Source of the DNA: Perkinsus chesapeaki ATCC PRA-425
Lineage: Eukaryota; Protista; Perkinsozoa
NCBI GenBank assembly: GCA_013115145.1
Contig: JAAPAO010000105.1
Coordinates: 1-64,000 of the forward strand
Direction of reading: 5' to 3'
Length of the DNA stretch: 64,000 nt
The notes under the pieces were generated by a model, which saw only the letters and a list, made by a program, of their open reading frames with translations, ran no database searches and was not told the DNA's origin. Below are positions 1 to 12,471 of the stretch, piece by piece. A program made the position numbers and the translations under genes. Position 1 is the first letter of the stretch. Each line of letters begins with the position of its first letter.

Positions 1-289
1 GGCTTCAGTCAATTCGCTCGCACTGACGGACGTGATGGACCAGTTTTTTTGCTTCTACCTTGTCACGACAAGAGGCAGTGGCAACGAAGGATTGGTAAAC
101 GAACGCCGAACTCCGCCAGGCTGCACATGCAAAGAGTATAGAGACTGGGCTTGCTGCGGGCACGGCTATGCCGTGGAAATACTCCTGGAAACACGGCCTG
201 CGTAAGGAAAGGGATTTTACTACGTACTGCACCTAACTGTCCCTGTAGATACGTCCCAGAGGCAAGGGTTATTGCAGGCTTGAGGAGAG

Positions 290-580
290 GACGCCCTACT
301 CAACGTCGAGTTGGTGTTCTTGGGAGGTATAATTCTGGTGTCTCGGCGCCGCACCGTGATAGCTCGTCGGAGAGCTCGAACGCGCATAGCGTGGGCAGCG
401 ATAGCCAAGGTAAGAAGCGCTAAGCCTACATGTTCCGTGCACGCTGGCTATACTGTATGTACCACGCTCCTGCAGTCGCGCACACTGTTTTTGGATACTA
501 GAGCCGCTTTGAGTGGATTTCACGATCGCCTTCTCAGCCTCGGATGCAGTCATATCGGACGAGGAGAGTTACACTGACAC
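290..580 (+). mobile_element. possible decayed non-LTR retrotransposon (RTE-like) post-RT fragment
   Basis: ORF 311-577 (VFLGGII...RARTRIAWAAIAK...LSGFHDRLLSL) loosely resembles the YLG..I / RI..A..AF / L..FH.RCLR pattern downstream of LINE RT. No YADD motif seen. Confidence 0.25.
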
Positions 581-1484
581 GAGCAGTCCATCTTCTCACG
601 AGTCTTCCTGCAGCAGTGCGACTAGCAGCTCAGGTAAAGGCTTTACCGTGAACTGCGGCTCACTGACTTACAGCTTCAGGTGGCGAAGACTGTGAGACGT
701 CTAACAGTAGCGATTCAAGCCCGTCTCTCATCCCGCGCGAAGACCGCAGCTCATACACTGGCCTTTATCAGTCGATGCCTTTAGAAGAGGAGCTAATTGG
801 CGTAAAGGATACTCATGGATCGAGTAGCTCAAAGAGTAATCTTTTATACCCAATGATCAGTCCGCTCAAATATAGTGTGATCCGCTGCACTATAATTATT
901 GCTCGATGTTCATCAGATACAGAATTGCTCACGGAGGAAAGTGATGCCTCAACTTGAGTCTAATTGAGTCAGGCAATCTATTTACTTTTTGAAAGCCCGA
1001 ATATGTGTGGACTCCACACAGGTATTTCATGTCTTTGGTATGCGTCATTCACGAATGTTAATAGCCAAGTTTATGAGGTCTGACTTCACAGGAATTGTGT
1101 TGTAGTACAACTCCACCTGCAAAATGAATTACAGGTTTGGTAGAATTGGCAAGCAAAACCAAGCATTACGTCCATATTGCATGGGATAGCAGTTATGCTT
1201 GGAATATCAATCATAGCTTAGGATTGTGTGCATTGCATGGTTTAGATAGTATTGCATAGATTTGCACATATTGCATAGATTAGTAATGTTATGCCACAGG
1301 GTTCTCGCGGGAATAGCATAGCTTTCACTCGCGATCGCCCAAATGGTGGTGCGGCACCACTGGTGCGTGCTACAACTATGAGCACAGACATAAAGTAATA
1401 TTGGATGGGTGTACTCTCATGGATAGAGATAACACACCTCACTAGCTTGTCGAGTTAAGACATACCCTTTCGGCATCTGATTCA

Positions 1485-1880
1485 CTAGGGTCTGAACATA
1501 CATATAAAAGGGCCTCCGTCAATGAGCTGACAATATGCTCCCTCGAGGCAGTCCTGAATGGTGAACTTGAAGCGGAGGATAAGCGTCGAGTTGTTTACAT
1601 CCTTTGAAGAGCATGCCATCGCACAAAGAGACTCTTCTCCAGGCACGCATTCCACTCGTCCTTTGGGGGGAGTTGGACACTTATTTCCATCTGAGCACTT
1701 CCGGGTGCATACCACACCTTGAAGAGCAAGGTCCTGAACATGTGAATAAAGACGGCATGTTAAAGCAGCCGACCCTCACCGCGTAGTAACCGACAATAAC
1801 CGTACCGGAGCAGTTACACCCAGTCACATCTTCACCGTTCCAACGACACTTTCCATTCGGTCTCTGATAAAGGTCACCTA
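1485..1880 (-). pseudogene. small Cys-rich secreted-type protein, multi-exon, 5' end possibly frameshifted
   Basis: Spliced exons read CRWNGEDVTGCNCSGTVIVGYYA|DLALQGVVCTRKCSDGNKCPTPPKGRVECVPGEESLCAMAC..|DCLEGAYCQLIDGGPFICMFRP* across GT-AG introns. I could not build a clean in-frame signal-peptide exon. Confidence 0.45.
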
Positions 1881-3244
1881 AAACATAGAGATGAATGAGA
1901 CATCCAAGTCGGCAAGACGTCCGCTCAAGCTACCATCATTAGCAGGAGTCTGACGGAAAGGAGAGTATCTAAAATCGAGCGATAAGTTTATGAATCTCAT
2001 TGGAGATTTTCTCACGTGGTGTTCTTGAACCTAAGCTCAGATGCGGCAAAGCCGAAAGCCGCGACGAACAGAGCCTTTCCAATGGATAGCATATTGGCGC
2101 AGTTGATATCTGCAGCAGATAATCTGCTCGAACACACAGCGTCATGGCTCAGTGACACTTCAAAGGGACAACTTTAGCTATGTTACCGGAAAAATCGAAT
2201 TCCAAGGGAGCCATGAGCACTAGTTCCTGAAGTTGCGGACATCATTACTTCTGAAGCGAGGCAACTTCGTGAATGGGTCTGTAAGATGATAAGATTCTGG
2301 ATCATTCTGATGAGCTCTGCGAGTAGTGCTCATGGCGAGTGTGATTGACGGCTTTTACCTGACCATGGCGTAGAGATACGCGTCAACCAAACCCGAACGA
2401 AAACCTCGTGAACTTCAGGATTAGAAGTTAGGATTTGGGTCTCGAACGTCTTGGAGAGCCTACGAGGACTCCTCCTCGAGTAGGCCATTTCTTCATAACT
2501 TGCCTGGTTAAGTTAACCAGTGGTCACGTGCTATAGGAGAAATACAACAGCCCAGTGGCGGCTGACGGTGATAGTCAATAGTTTGCCCGAACATTCCCAC
2601 ATCATAAGGTTCGTATCTGAAATAAGATTAATATGGGAGAGGAGGCTCCGCGGAGCCGCTCCGTAAAAACTGGGTTTTACTGGGACGTGCGCGAACACAA
2701 ATCCAATCGTCAAAACTGATTTCGCCGACAGTGCTACACTGTACGAGCATGCTTTACGTGTTACTGCCTGGGATGAGCAGCCGAAAGTAGTATCTGATTT
2801 CAGAGCGCGACAACTCAACTCCGAGGGAGACAGAGTAGGAGCAGGCGCCTCGCCTGTACCCGCGGCTCGGAGACAGCCCCATTCTGCGATTCTTTCCAAA
2901 CCTACTTCTTCAATAGCATACCTTGGCTGGACGATGTTTAGTGGGCAGTGACGCTTTGACTCACAAACTCTCACTTCTTGCAACTCGAGCATTGTAGGCG
3001 GGAAAATCCGTTGTTATAAAACCGCTTCTTTTCCGAGGAGTGTGGGAGAAGATGAGACAAGTGGTGTGAGTCACCGGGTGACGCACCGCTTGCTCATCAT
3101 GTGCCAGTGTACATCACAATAGTCACAGGACTATACAGGTGTGATTATATTTGGCATGACAGGTGGAACTGACACGGTGTCAGTGACACCTCCCCGAGAC
3201 CGAAGCAAAAAAATCAAGCGGATGGCGCCTAATTCGGGGTACCT

Positions 3245-3490
3245 CGGGTCGTACATTTTTGTTTCGTGCATGGTACGTTTCATCCACTTGGTATTTCATA
3301 CACTTCGGAGCTCGTACACACTTTTTTCGTACATGCTTGTTTCGTACAGTACGGTTCATCCACTTGCAGTTCCTACATGCTCGTTTCGTACAAAATTGCT
3401 TCATGCAATTGTGCTCCAACTCGGCTTGGTGCATCCATGAGCGATTCGTACACGAAGTTTGTACACTTTTGTTTCGTACATGCTTGATCC
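3245..3490. repeat. degenerate minisatellite built on TTCGTACA/TTCATCCA units
   Basis: Many imperfect copies of (t)ttcgtaca(ctt/tgc) and ttcatcca seen directly. The overlapping ORFs here are repeat artefacts. Confidence 0.75.
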
Positions 3491-5469
3491 ATACACTCTT
3501 CCCCGCCTACGCAATTCTTCCCCAGACTGTAGCGTAGCTTAGTTACTACCGTCTAGTATTACTTAGGTCTCGTTAGAGGCCCTGGTCAATTCTAGCGCAA
3601 ACGGGAAGTGTCAGCGCGCGGTTGTAAAAAGGCGCGCGTAGGGAGTTGGTATGTGAGTGTTTCAATCCAAGGTTTTGGTTTTAGCGGACATTGAATAGGC
3701 AGGAAGCGCGAAAGTATGGTGAAGTGTAGTCATAAGTTCGCCATCTTGAGGACTGTAGGTTCAATAAGACAGAGTTTTGATCTGGAACTAGAGTATATTG
3801 ATATCACTTCAATATTCCGGAACCCGAATATTTGGGGGGATGAGCGACAGGTCTGTCCAGTAAGGGTCTTTGGGGTTTCGTAGAACATGACCCATGGCGC
3901 TAGATATCAGCGATGCTGAGTTTGTGAGTGATAAGATATAAGATAGCACCATGCATTTATGGAGTTATGTATCCAGGACATGCTGTGACAAGTCCACGGG
4001 CCTCGGGTTGGCGGTTTGTGGCCTTGTCCTTCGCATCACACTTATTCGACCATATATTGGAGAGAGCTTCGCGCTGGAGCAACTAATTGACGCCGCATGG
4101 GTGGCTGCCACGGTTACAGACGCTCACTGTCACTGACACACTCAGTCTGACAACTCCACGCAGTGCGTGGCAGTGCACTGGGGGAAATCAGTATTCAACG
4201 GCTTATATAGTCAAAAGTGCTCTGCGTAAAATTTATAATCGAGAGATACGGTGTTCGATCGACGCAGGCAACGTTTTTAATGCGAATTTCAACGCGGAAC
4301 AACATATTTTCAACATACTACTAATATGAGACCACAAATGTATCATACAAAGTATTGTCGCTTGTCGAGAAAGTGTATGAAGATGCGTAGCTGTGTGAAA
4401 CTGCCAAATAAACATAACTACCCGAGGAATCCTCGGTGAGGATTGTCGGACAATATTTCTCAAACAGTTGGTTAGGTTTATGCAGGTTGGTCAAAGTGCC
4501 ATATAGTTGATATTTTAGTGAAAACTAACGGACTGGTTACAATTTGTGCCTGTAGTTGACATTAACGAGGGGGTTGAAAGAAAGGCCGTTGACATCATGC
4601 TCTCACCCTAAAACTACAGTAGCTACAGGCACTTCGTGATGATACGGGGGTGCGTAAGTTCCCTATCTTTACCGACTATAGCATAGTCACTATATACTCA
4701 CACCTATGATATGCTTATTAAAATGAAGTAGTTCTATTACAAAAGTGTTCGTATTCTGTATATTCATTTTAACTCCATACGTACACCTTGACATCGTTTA
4801 CCCCACACTTCTGCATAGTGCGTAGTGTGCACAGGTGGGCGGGAAAGTGACTTACTAATTATGATTATCATCTCCGGCAGTAGGTCTCAGGCAGCGGTGA
4901 CCGCGTGAACAAGTAATCTTTTTATTCGTTAGCTAATACCAGATGCACATGTGCGAGGAAATGCCATGGTTGCACCGTGTCGATGGGACTGTAGGGCCCC
5001 TACAGTAGGGGGTGGAAGTGTGCCGATGAAGTGGTATTTTGTTAACGTTGAGGTACTGTTGCAGAGTAGACATATGGTATTCGTTAGTGTACTAGAGGCT
5101 ACTTCGCTCAATATGCACTAGTTCGAATTCACGTGCTTCGATTTCAGTGTAGCTCAATCTGGATCAGATTCAGTGCCGCAGAATACTGCTCTTCGCACTG
5201 TCCTTACTATTGCCTACTTACTACTGTATATGACCTATACACCTGAACGTTAAGGCTTTCTGCGGTCTTTCTAATCCTTGGGATGGATGAGCTTCCTTCC
5301 GGCACTCAACATCACACAACACCATCAAGTTTATTGGACAACAACATGAGGTAAATAAGATGATTGTAAATCACTGTGAGACGGTGTGCGATGAGCATGA
5401 ATCTTGGACAGATGATGTGGAATACCTAAGATTTATCACTGAATAGTGAAGATGCCAACCGAAAGCGCG

Positions 5470-6261
5470 CGGGAGGAGCAGCTCATTAGGCGAGAATCTT
5501 TAACCTACATCCCAGAGCTGCTGCTTCCTGAATATCTAGTTGAGCAACTTCCAGTTGACCGTGAGCTCCTCGAGCACGAGTAACAGGAGGAGCTGCTGTA
5601 ACTGTTCGATGAGCGGCTGGCAGCACAGGGTGATCGATTGCGGCTCAGCCGAGGCCTCTGTAGATTATCCTTGCGCGGAGGTTCACTTTGTGGCCGACGG
5701 AACTTCTAAAAGGAAGCAAGGGGATGGAAAGGGAACTGCCAATCGTTGGACGACTCACTCGACCACTGGGCGGTCCTTGGGGCCAACCGGGCATGAACGC
5801 CATTTCGTCCTCAGGATAGTTGCCCAGCTGCATATAATCTAATCAAGTATGCAACCTTACAATCCTAATGCACTTCGGACCTGTTTTATATTCGGGGTAA
5901 CCTCCCAAAACAGCATAAGGTGCTTGAAGGTCGTACGGCACCTTCGGCCTTTCTAGAGACGGATGCTGACTCGAGTGCCTATCATGGAACGGCTATGTTA
6001 AGGATCTGTCGAGTCTCGGTTGCAAATCTTATCACCAAACCGTCAAAACATTCGTGACCGGAGAAATCGATCTGAATTTTGCGGCTCTTCCGCAACTTGG
6101 AGCGGCGTTCTATTCCACATATCTCGGCAGTCGCTGACCAAACTGTTCACGCAATACCTTCTATTTCTCCGCTTCGATTTTTTAGACCCGGCATTGCTTA
6201 TAACAGCGTGACATTTGCAGCAGCGCACTACAGTATCTGTTGTGGCGTTTCTAGCCGACAT
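5470..6261 (-). CDS. hypothetical multi-exon protein
   Basis: Exon-like blocks bounded by GT/AG, e.g. LGNYPEDEMAFMPGWPQGPPSGR|KFRRPQSEPPRKDN. Both ends uncertain. Confidence 0.35.
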
Positions 6262-6382
6262 TGCTTCAACAAGAGCAACAACTCACTCCGAAAAGTGCGG
6301 CCACACGTTTCATGTGACAAACGCAAGTCCGTTGCTGCACAACACTGGTTTGGTAAATGGTACATCTGCACGCATGCACACT

Positions 6383-7410
6383 TCAACTTCGTTTCTTCTT
6401 GTGTTGGAACTGCGTGAAAGAGAAATCTTGCGGGCTCGGCTCAAGGCCCTTCCAGAAGCCAGTGTGCTTCTCGTAGTCGGGTTTCTGGCCCATAGTCCAC
6501 TTTGGGCCAGGTTTACCCCGAGTTCGAGCATATCCCCCGGGCCCGGGTCCTGATGGCATGAAAGAATGGTCTGGCTAGGCAGTATCGAACTCCCTACCAG
6601 ATTCACCAGGCTTGTCAAGACCACCGAAGGTGCCCTGCCCTCGCTGACCATACCCTATTCCGGCACCTCGTTTCGATTCTATGTTACGTTCGAAGATGCT
6701 CTTAATAATGTACTGATCTGAACACAAGAAGTAGCTTTGCACTACTCCGATACTTCGTATCTTACCTGGTCCCGGCCGAGGCTTCACTGATAGCTCATGG
6801 TGGCCCAGCCCTGGTCCTACTGCCCAACCAAAGCCAGCCTTTCTGGTATCGGTTCCAATGTTTTTATGACTGAAGTGATATTATAATGCTAGCCTATGAT
6901 GCCTTATCTACTTGTGCAAATAGTATGCTGGCCCGGGAGAATCTTTCCCTGGCTCATGGGATGCCGCGTACCGACTGGCTGTGGGAAGACTGAACAGCTT
7001 TGAGCTAGGATTGAAGACCTTCGTCTCGCTTGGTCTAGAAACAAGCCATATATGCTTTGTGTAGGTCCATAATACTCTTTGGGCGTGTAATCTGTTGGGC
7101 CTGGATTCCGGTGTTGCCAAGGTGTGGTCACAAAACGGTCACTTGTTTTGCTACCAAAGCCTCCTGTCGCACACCCTTCCATCATAGTAGACCGAAGGGT
7201 ATAAGCGGCTGGGCCTGATAATGACATTATTAATCCATAACGGTGTATTTCCTCACCAGGAGATCGTTGCAAAGCAGATGAGTCCTGATGAGGTGGACGT
7301 CGTGTCATCGTCCAGCTAGGTGCCTTTCTATAGGCGGCGCTAGCTGTGATGAGGGCGGTCTCACTGACCGTTCTATTAACGTTTGATGCATCTTTAGACT
7401 CCTTAACCAT
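6383..7410 (-). CDS. SHIPPO-repeat (ODF3/STPG-like, PGPxxY) flagellar/axonemal protein
   Basis: Spliced ORF MVKESK...KAPSWTM...SPG|PAAYTL...NPGPTDY...SPGPAYY...RPGP|DQY...GPGPGGY...PKWTMG...KKRS* has five PGP-x-x-Y repeats and short GT-AG introns. Confidence 0.85.
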
Positions 7411-7653
7411 AATAGTAATGGCTACATTAGAAATTTGGAAATCGTCCAATCGCACGAAATGGATTAGATCATCTTGCTCTCTTGCATCTTCTTGAGTTTC
7501 CCTAACGCTACATTTTATTCGTCGACAGTTTGTTTCACGCCAGCTCCTTGAGTATGACGAATTGTTACTAGTTTCCCGCGTACCGATTAAGCCGGTATAA
7601 TAGTAAGTAGCCCCTTCACTGCTTTATTGAATTTAGTAGTATCTATTGCACTG

Positions 7654-8706
7654 ATGTCTGAGCCTTCCAGCATTCGACTTGATTGGATTGAACCCACTCT
7701 AACTGAGGGCCCAACCAATGCCAAAGAGATTGGCACATACAATTGGGACCCCTCATCAACAACCAAGACACCTAGAATGATTGTTCCTGGTTTGCCGCCA
7801 TTCCTTATTGACTCGCAGGAACCACCTCATCTCGAGTACGACCAGGGGACGTTTTTCTGCGACGAAAACCTGTACCGTCAAAAAAAGTGCCCTACAGAAT
7901 CGCTGTTTCAAGCGGTCTCGATCTGCACTCCTTCATTCGATTGGCGAAAAGTCGACTTCGTTACGGACAGGAACAATCTTCGAAAGCTGATGAGGGCCAT
8001 CCAGCCTAATTGGGACACTTATGACGATCAATCCTTCCAGATTGATTTAGACGTCATCGGCACAACGGTTGTTTTAACGCGAGTCGGGCCAGCGGAGTCC
8101 AAAGTCTTTGGCTGCGGCCATTCGTTCGAAAGGCAAATGACAAAAGAACGGCCTGAAGGATCTTTTAGAAGGATCATCTCTCTCGACCTCGGCAGCATAT
8201 CTTTGGTGGTGCGGTCGGAAATCGACGCGGTTGACGGTGGGACTTGGCGATCGGTCTCTCGCAAGGCTGAGTGGGAGAGTGTATCAGACAGCCGTATTGA
8301 GATTAAACGGGGAGGAGGTCTTAAGGAAGGAAGTGAAACGCCGGAGTATTGGGAACTTAAGACAAAAGCTTTGAAGAAGAGATTTGATTGGAGCGATGCC
8401 TATGGCCAGTTGCGGCTCGGTGATATACAAAACCTGCTTATTGCTAGAACTAAGTGGACCGAGATTGTCTCCATGGAATCCCTGACTCGCAACGAACTGG
8501 GTGCCCGGAGTCGACTCTTCGACTTGTTTGGTCGACTAGAAGCTGTACTGATATCCATTCTCGGGGTTGTTCGGAAAGAAGGCTCTGGTGGCAAATCGTA
8601 CAGTGTGAGCTGGGATGGTTGGAATCCTGTGCTGGAGATCCGGCATCAGCGAGCCACAAGGGTTAGTGAGGCTGCTCGGGCTTTGATTATTGGTGACGTA
8701 CATTAG
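7654..8706 (+). CDS. DXO/Rai1-like PD-(D/E)XK nuclease-fold protein A (intronless)
   Basis: Motifs DFVTDRNNLRKL, GHSFE, SEIDA, YWELKTK and YGQLRLG match the order of DXO/Rai1 catalytic motifs (R, FE, EVD, ELK, Q). ATG at 7654, stop at 8706. Confidence 0.75.
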   Translation: MSEPSSIRLDWIEPTLTEGPTNAKEIGTYNWDPSSTTKTPRMIVPGLPPFLIDSQEPPHLEYDQGTFFCDENLYRQKKCPTESLFQAVSICTPSFDWRKVDFVTDRNNLRKLMRAIQPNWDTYDDQSFQIDLDVIGTTVVLTRVGPAESKVFGCGHSFERQMTKERPEGSFRRIISLDLGSISLVVRSEIDAVDGGTWRSVSRKAEWESVSDSRIEIKRGGGLKEGSETPEYWELKTKALKKRFDWSDAYGQLRLGDIQNLLIARTKWTEIVSMESLTRNELGARSRLFDLFGRLEAVLISILGVVRKEGSGGKSYSVSWDGWNPVLEIRHQRATRVSEAARALIIGDVH

Positions 8707-9187
8707 CTTTGACTTACGTTGATTGTTATCAGTGTGTTATAACATTAAGAAATCGCTGTTGCGTTTGATGGAGTCGGAAACTCGGGAGGACGACAAGCTG
8801 ATGATGACGCTGCGGCAAGTGTACTTTGGATATCATTCCCATCATCTATCCACATCAGAAAGGAGGCGGTGATACTTTACAACGGCCCTCGAAAAAACGG
8901 TCAGCAAAGAACGTAACAACATATTTATTCGAGCAACAAGTTCTTTCTCAATCGAGTAGAAAAGCTCGAAGTCAATCAGTTGTTGAATTTAACACATACG
9001 CCAATAAATAATGGGTAGTTCCGGCGTTTTATATCTTTTAGTGATGAGATTCTTGGCATACTTTGGAGTAACTCAATAGTAGTGGGTTACCAGAGAAATA
9101 GGAAAAAATGTTCGTATTCAGGCATAACGCCGAATACTGGTAATGGCAGTGCCCTTATGGCACTATCCCAGGGATCGTTGCCAGACC

Positions 9188-9676
9188 TTATAGACGCTGA
9201 AAGAAGACAATGATCCCTTCTGGGCTCTCCACGTACGTTACGATGTTGTCCTTGGCTCTAACGTACTTCATGACAGCAAAACTATCCGGAGTCCACTTGG
9301 GGCAATCTTTAACGTTACCATTGGCCTTGTTGAGAATGGCCTGGAAGGTTTCTCTTGGGGCGTCAAGATCGAGGATATCATAATTTGGGGTTGACTCGGT
9401 AGCCGTGACCTTGATACCATCTATCTTAGCGGGCGAAGGGATATCTGAACCGCTTTCGCCCTTGTAGTGGAAGTCAAAGCTTAGTAGAGCCTTCCCTGCA
9501 GCGAGATTGAATTCGCCATCATTATCCTCACTAAATATCATGACAACTTGGGTACTGGGGTAAGCCAAGAAAGCGGAAGTGCAGTTATAATAGTAGGACG
9601 AACCAGCAGTGATTTCATAACAAAGCCCACAGACCATCAACATGGCACCAACAATAGTGAAAGTGTAGTTTAGCAT
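9188..9676 (-). CDS. intronless secreted hypothetical protein (162 aa)
   Basis: Single ORF with a hydrophobic N-terminal signal-like segment (MLNYTFTIVGAMLMVCGLC). No recognisable domain. Confidence 0.65.
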   Translation of the reverse strand: MLNYTFTIVGAMLMVCGLCYEITAGSSYYYNCTSAFLAYPSTQVVMIFSEDNDGEFNLAAGKALLSFDFHYKGESGSDIPSPAKIDGIKVTATESTPNYDILDLDAPRETFQAILNKANGNVKDCPKWTPDSFAVMKYVRAKDNIVTYVESPEGIIVFFQRL

Positions 9677-11444
9677 TAGACAGGTTATGAAGGAGTTTCT
9701 GAAAGAGACAGGATTAACGAAACAAGAGTTCCAAAGCTGGCGATCTCGCCCACCTTAGCGAATCATACTGAGATGCATCAGCTGTATCCAAGAGCTCAGA
9801 CGCCCCTATGAATCCTATATCCTATCGATGTAACAGCCAGCTTATTGCCTAGCATTATACTAGCTGCGATGGAGCAGCAATCCAGCGGACTCTCGCTTGC
9901 GGTTTTCAGTGGGTCGTACTCGTTGTAAACGGACAGAGCAGGTGTCAGACGATTTTATCCCGGCCGAAGTAAACGCGTCACGGCGTGACGCCGTCACGGT
10001 ATATTACTGACGAGTTGGACTTTTGCATGTTCTCATGCCAATGAATCGACGGTGCCGGCGATCTCGCCCACCGAAGCGCATTCCACTCAGTCTAATCAGC
10101 AGGGCTGACTCAGTCCTATCAGAGGGTTAAAATCGAGCGCGCCTCTCTCGTGGTCTGCCCTATCTGGAGAATAATACGCTCAGGATTATACATAGCTCAG
10201 GGTTCATTGTCAGCAGCATGCATGCATTCAAGTGATTGGTCCAGCGGAGACACGTGAATACCTAAACGCTCTCATTGCACATGTAGGACCTACGAACGGT
10301 GAAGCCTACACAGCACTGAGTTTCCAGCATTAGTTACTGACGGGATCGTGCTAGCTGACCATTCAAACTGTGACGCAGGCCATTTGAGAAAACGCCAAAA
10401 CTTGGAGAGCCATGCATCGTCTTTATAGAATGTGTGGAGATCGGATGAAAATTCCAACAATTCTAATTCAGAGTTGACAACTATTGATCACGAAGATAGT
10501 GATAAACTTAGAAACCAACTAGCGATCCTGCACCTTCCCATACGGCTATGATAAACTGAGGTTATCGCGACGCAACGGATGTCTGCGTGCGCCCCCCCCA
10601 CGCAAATAACAGTGCGCTTGTCGGTGTTAAATCCAACAGGAAGGATGAGACTATCCCTGACCTATAGTGTTGTGACTTAGTCACAGATAGTTGTGAGCGT
10701 GATTACCTCTGAATAAGGTCTTGTAACGGGATTCCACTGGAATCGTTCCTGATTTATCCTCATTTACACAGGAACGCGGCGGCGCGCAGTAACAATATAG
10801 GCGGGCTACCCACCGTGGGTATCCGGCCTTTCAAACGAAAGCTTTTCCGGATGCGATAGAAGGAACATATCTCCCAACTATTGAATATGCACGACTATAT
10901 CATGAAACGCCTACCTTAGGCATACATTCATGACCTGCAGATTCGTGAAAACGCTCTCATAGAGCACCTCCATAGAGAGTGAGTCTGTATGATACGATAC
11001 TTTTCACCGACATATTATATCTCGATAACACCCCGTCAACCATCGAGGTTTAGTCATCAGGTTCTGTGTTAGCGATTGCCATCACCTTTTGGTGAAACCT
11101 CTAGGTCCTTTAGAGTAGGACCTCAGACGATGCGCTTAACCTTATAGGCCGCAGGTCGTAGCGTATGGTGCCCGCTTATCAATTTCCTTGAGAAGTTATC
11201 AACCTCAGACATTCCCTTCACGACTTCTTTTCAATGCACACCTCCTCTGAGGAAGTTCCTCAGTTATCCCCTCCTGAGTTTTTGACCGCTAAGTTTTTTG
11301 ACCACAACCTGCCCGGTGCGCGTGCGTACGGCAAATGCCATGCCTGATTATCTTCGGTAGAGACTGTTTGCCAATAGTAAATTACCTTTGTCATTGCTGT
11401 AGCGAGTTTTATATAGTTGTGAACCCGCCCCTACCCTCTTGCCA

Positions 11445-12471
11445 ATGCAACCTATAAGCTCCATTGACATCGAGCCTACAAGGACCGAAGGGCCGACAGA
11501 GCCGGTAGAGATCGCCACCTTTAACTGGCATGCTTCATCCACTGAGGACCGCCCAAGAATCGTTGTCCCTGGTAAACCGGCCACCCTGCGTTCTGATATA
11601 ACAACTGCTGGAGCCGTACCTCCCTTGGATTTCGGTACCGGCCTCTACGTTGCCGATGAGAACCAATTGAATCAGCCCGACTACCCGACGGAATCGATTT
11701 TTCAGGCCGTTAACGTCATGAAGCCCAAATTTGACTGGCAGAGTGTTGATATTGTCACCGACAGGAATAATCTGAGAAAACTAGTCGGCTTTCTAATTCC
11801 TAAGAGGGGAGATTCTCAAGGTGCCTTCAAGATCGACGTTGATGTTGTTGATAACACGGTTGTATTCACTCGCACTGGTTCAACTAAGGCTCAGTGCTTC
11901 GGGTGTGGGCATCACTTCGAAGAAGCCATGACCACAGACAAGGAGGATGGTGCTCTTAGAAGGATAGTTTCCTTCAAGTTAGGCACCTTATCCCTTGTTG
12001 TCCGATCTGAGGTCGATGCTGTTAAGAACGGTGATTGGAAGTCCATTGGGTCACCCGTCTGGACCAAGCCGGAGAACAGCACACTCGAGGTCGCTCGTGC
12101 AGGCGGCCCGATCAAGGCTGGCCAGTTCGTGGAGTTGAAGACTAAGAGCGTGCGTCGAGAGTTTGACTTTGTTGAAGCCTACACTCAAATGGCCCTCGGG
12201 GATGTCGATATCCTCGTACTTGCTAGAATGCAGGTGAAGACCGTCGCCCTTTTACGCGAGTTCACTCGTGCCGAAGTTGCCCGCGCTAAGATTGACAACA
12301 GCCGTGTGTTTGGTCGCCTAGAGAAGCTGCTCAAAGAAATCCTCCGTAGGGTTCGCCCGAGAGAACGTTTAGGTGAAGAAAGGATGGGATGGTTACAGTC
12401 GTGAGCTTGAAATTCAGGCCGTATCAAGACTATCACTGGCAGCTCGAGACCTGATCAAACCCGTCGTATAG
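11445..12471 (+). CDS. DXO/Rai1-like protein B (intronless), with a frameshift near the C-terminus
   Basis: Collinear with paralog A (DIVTDRNNLRKL, GHHFE, SEVDA, VELKTK, YTQMALG). The ORF stops at 12404, but the homologous tail WDGYSRELEI...AARDLIKPVV* continues in another frame over 12385-12471. Confidence 0.75.

Noticed and set aside
2150-2992. Copia-like RNase H remnant (LTDPFTK; ORF 2531-2992)
   Set aside because: Only a faint motif resemblance, with no RT, integrase or LTR pair visible.
3141-3537. Several overlapping 70-100 aa ORFs
   Set aside because: They arise from the stop-poor minisatellite and have repetitive, non-protein-like composition.
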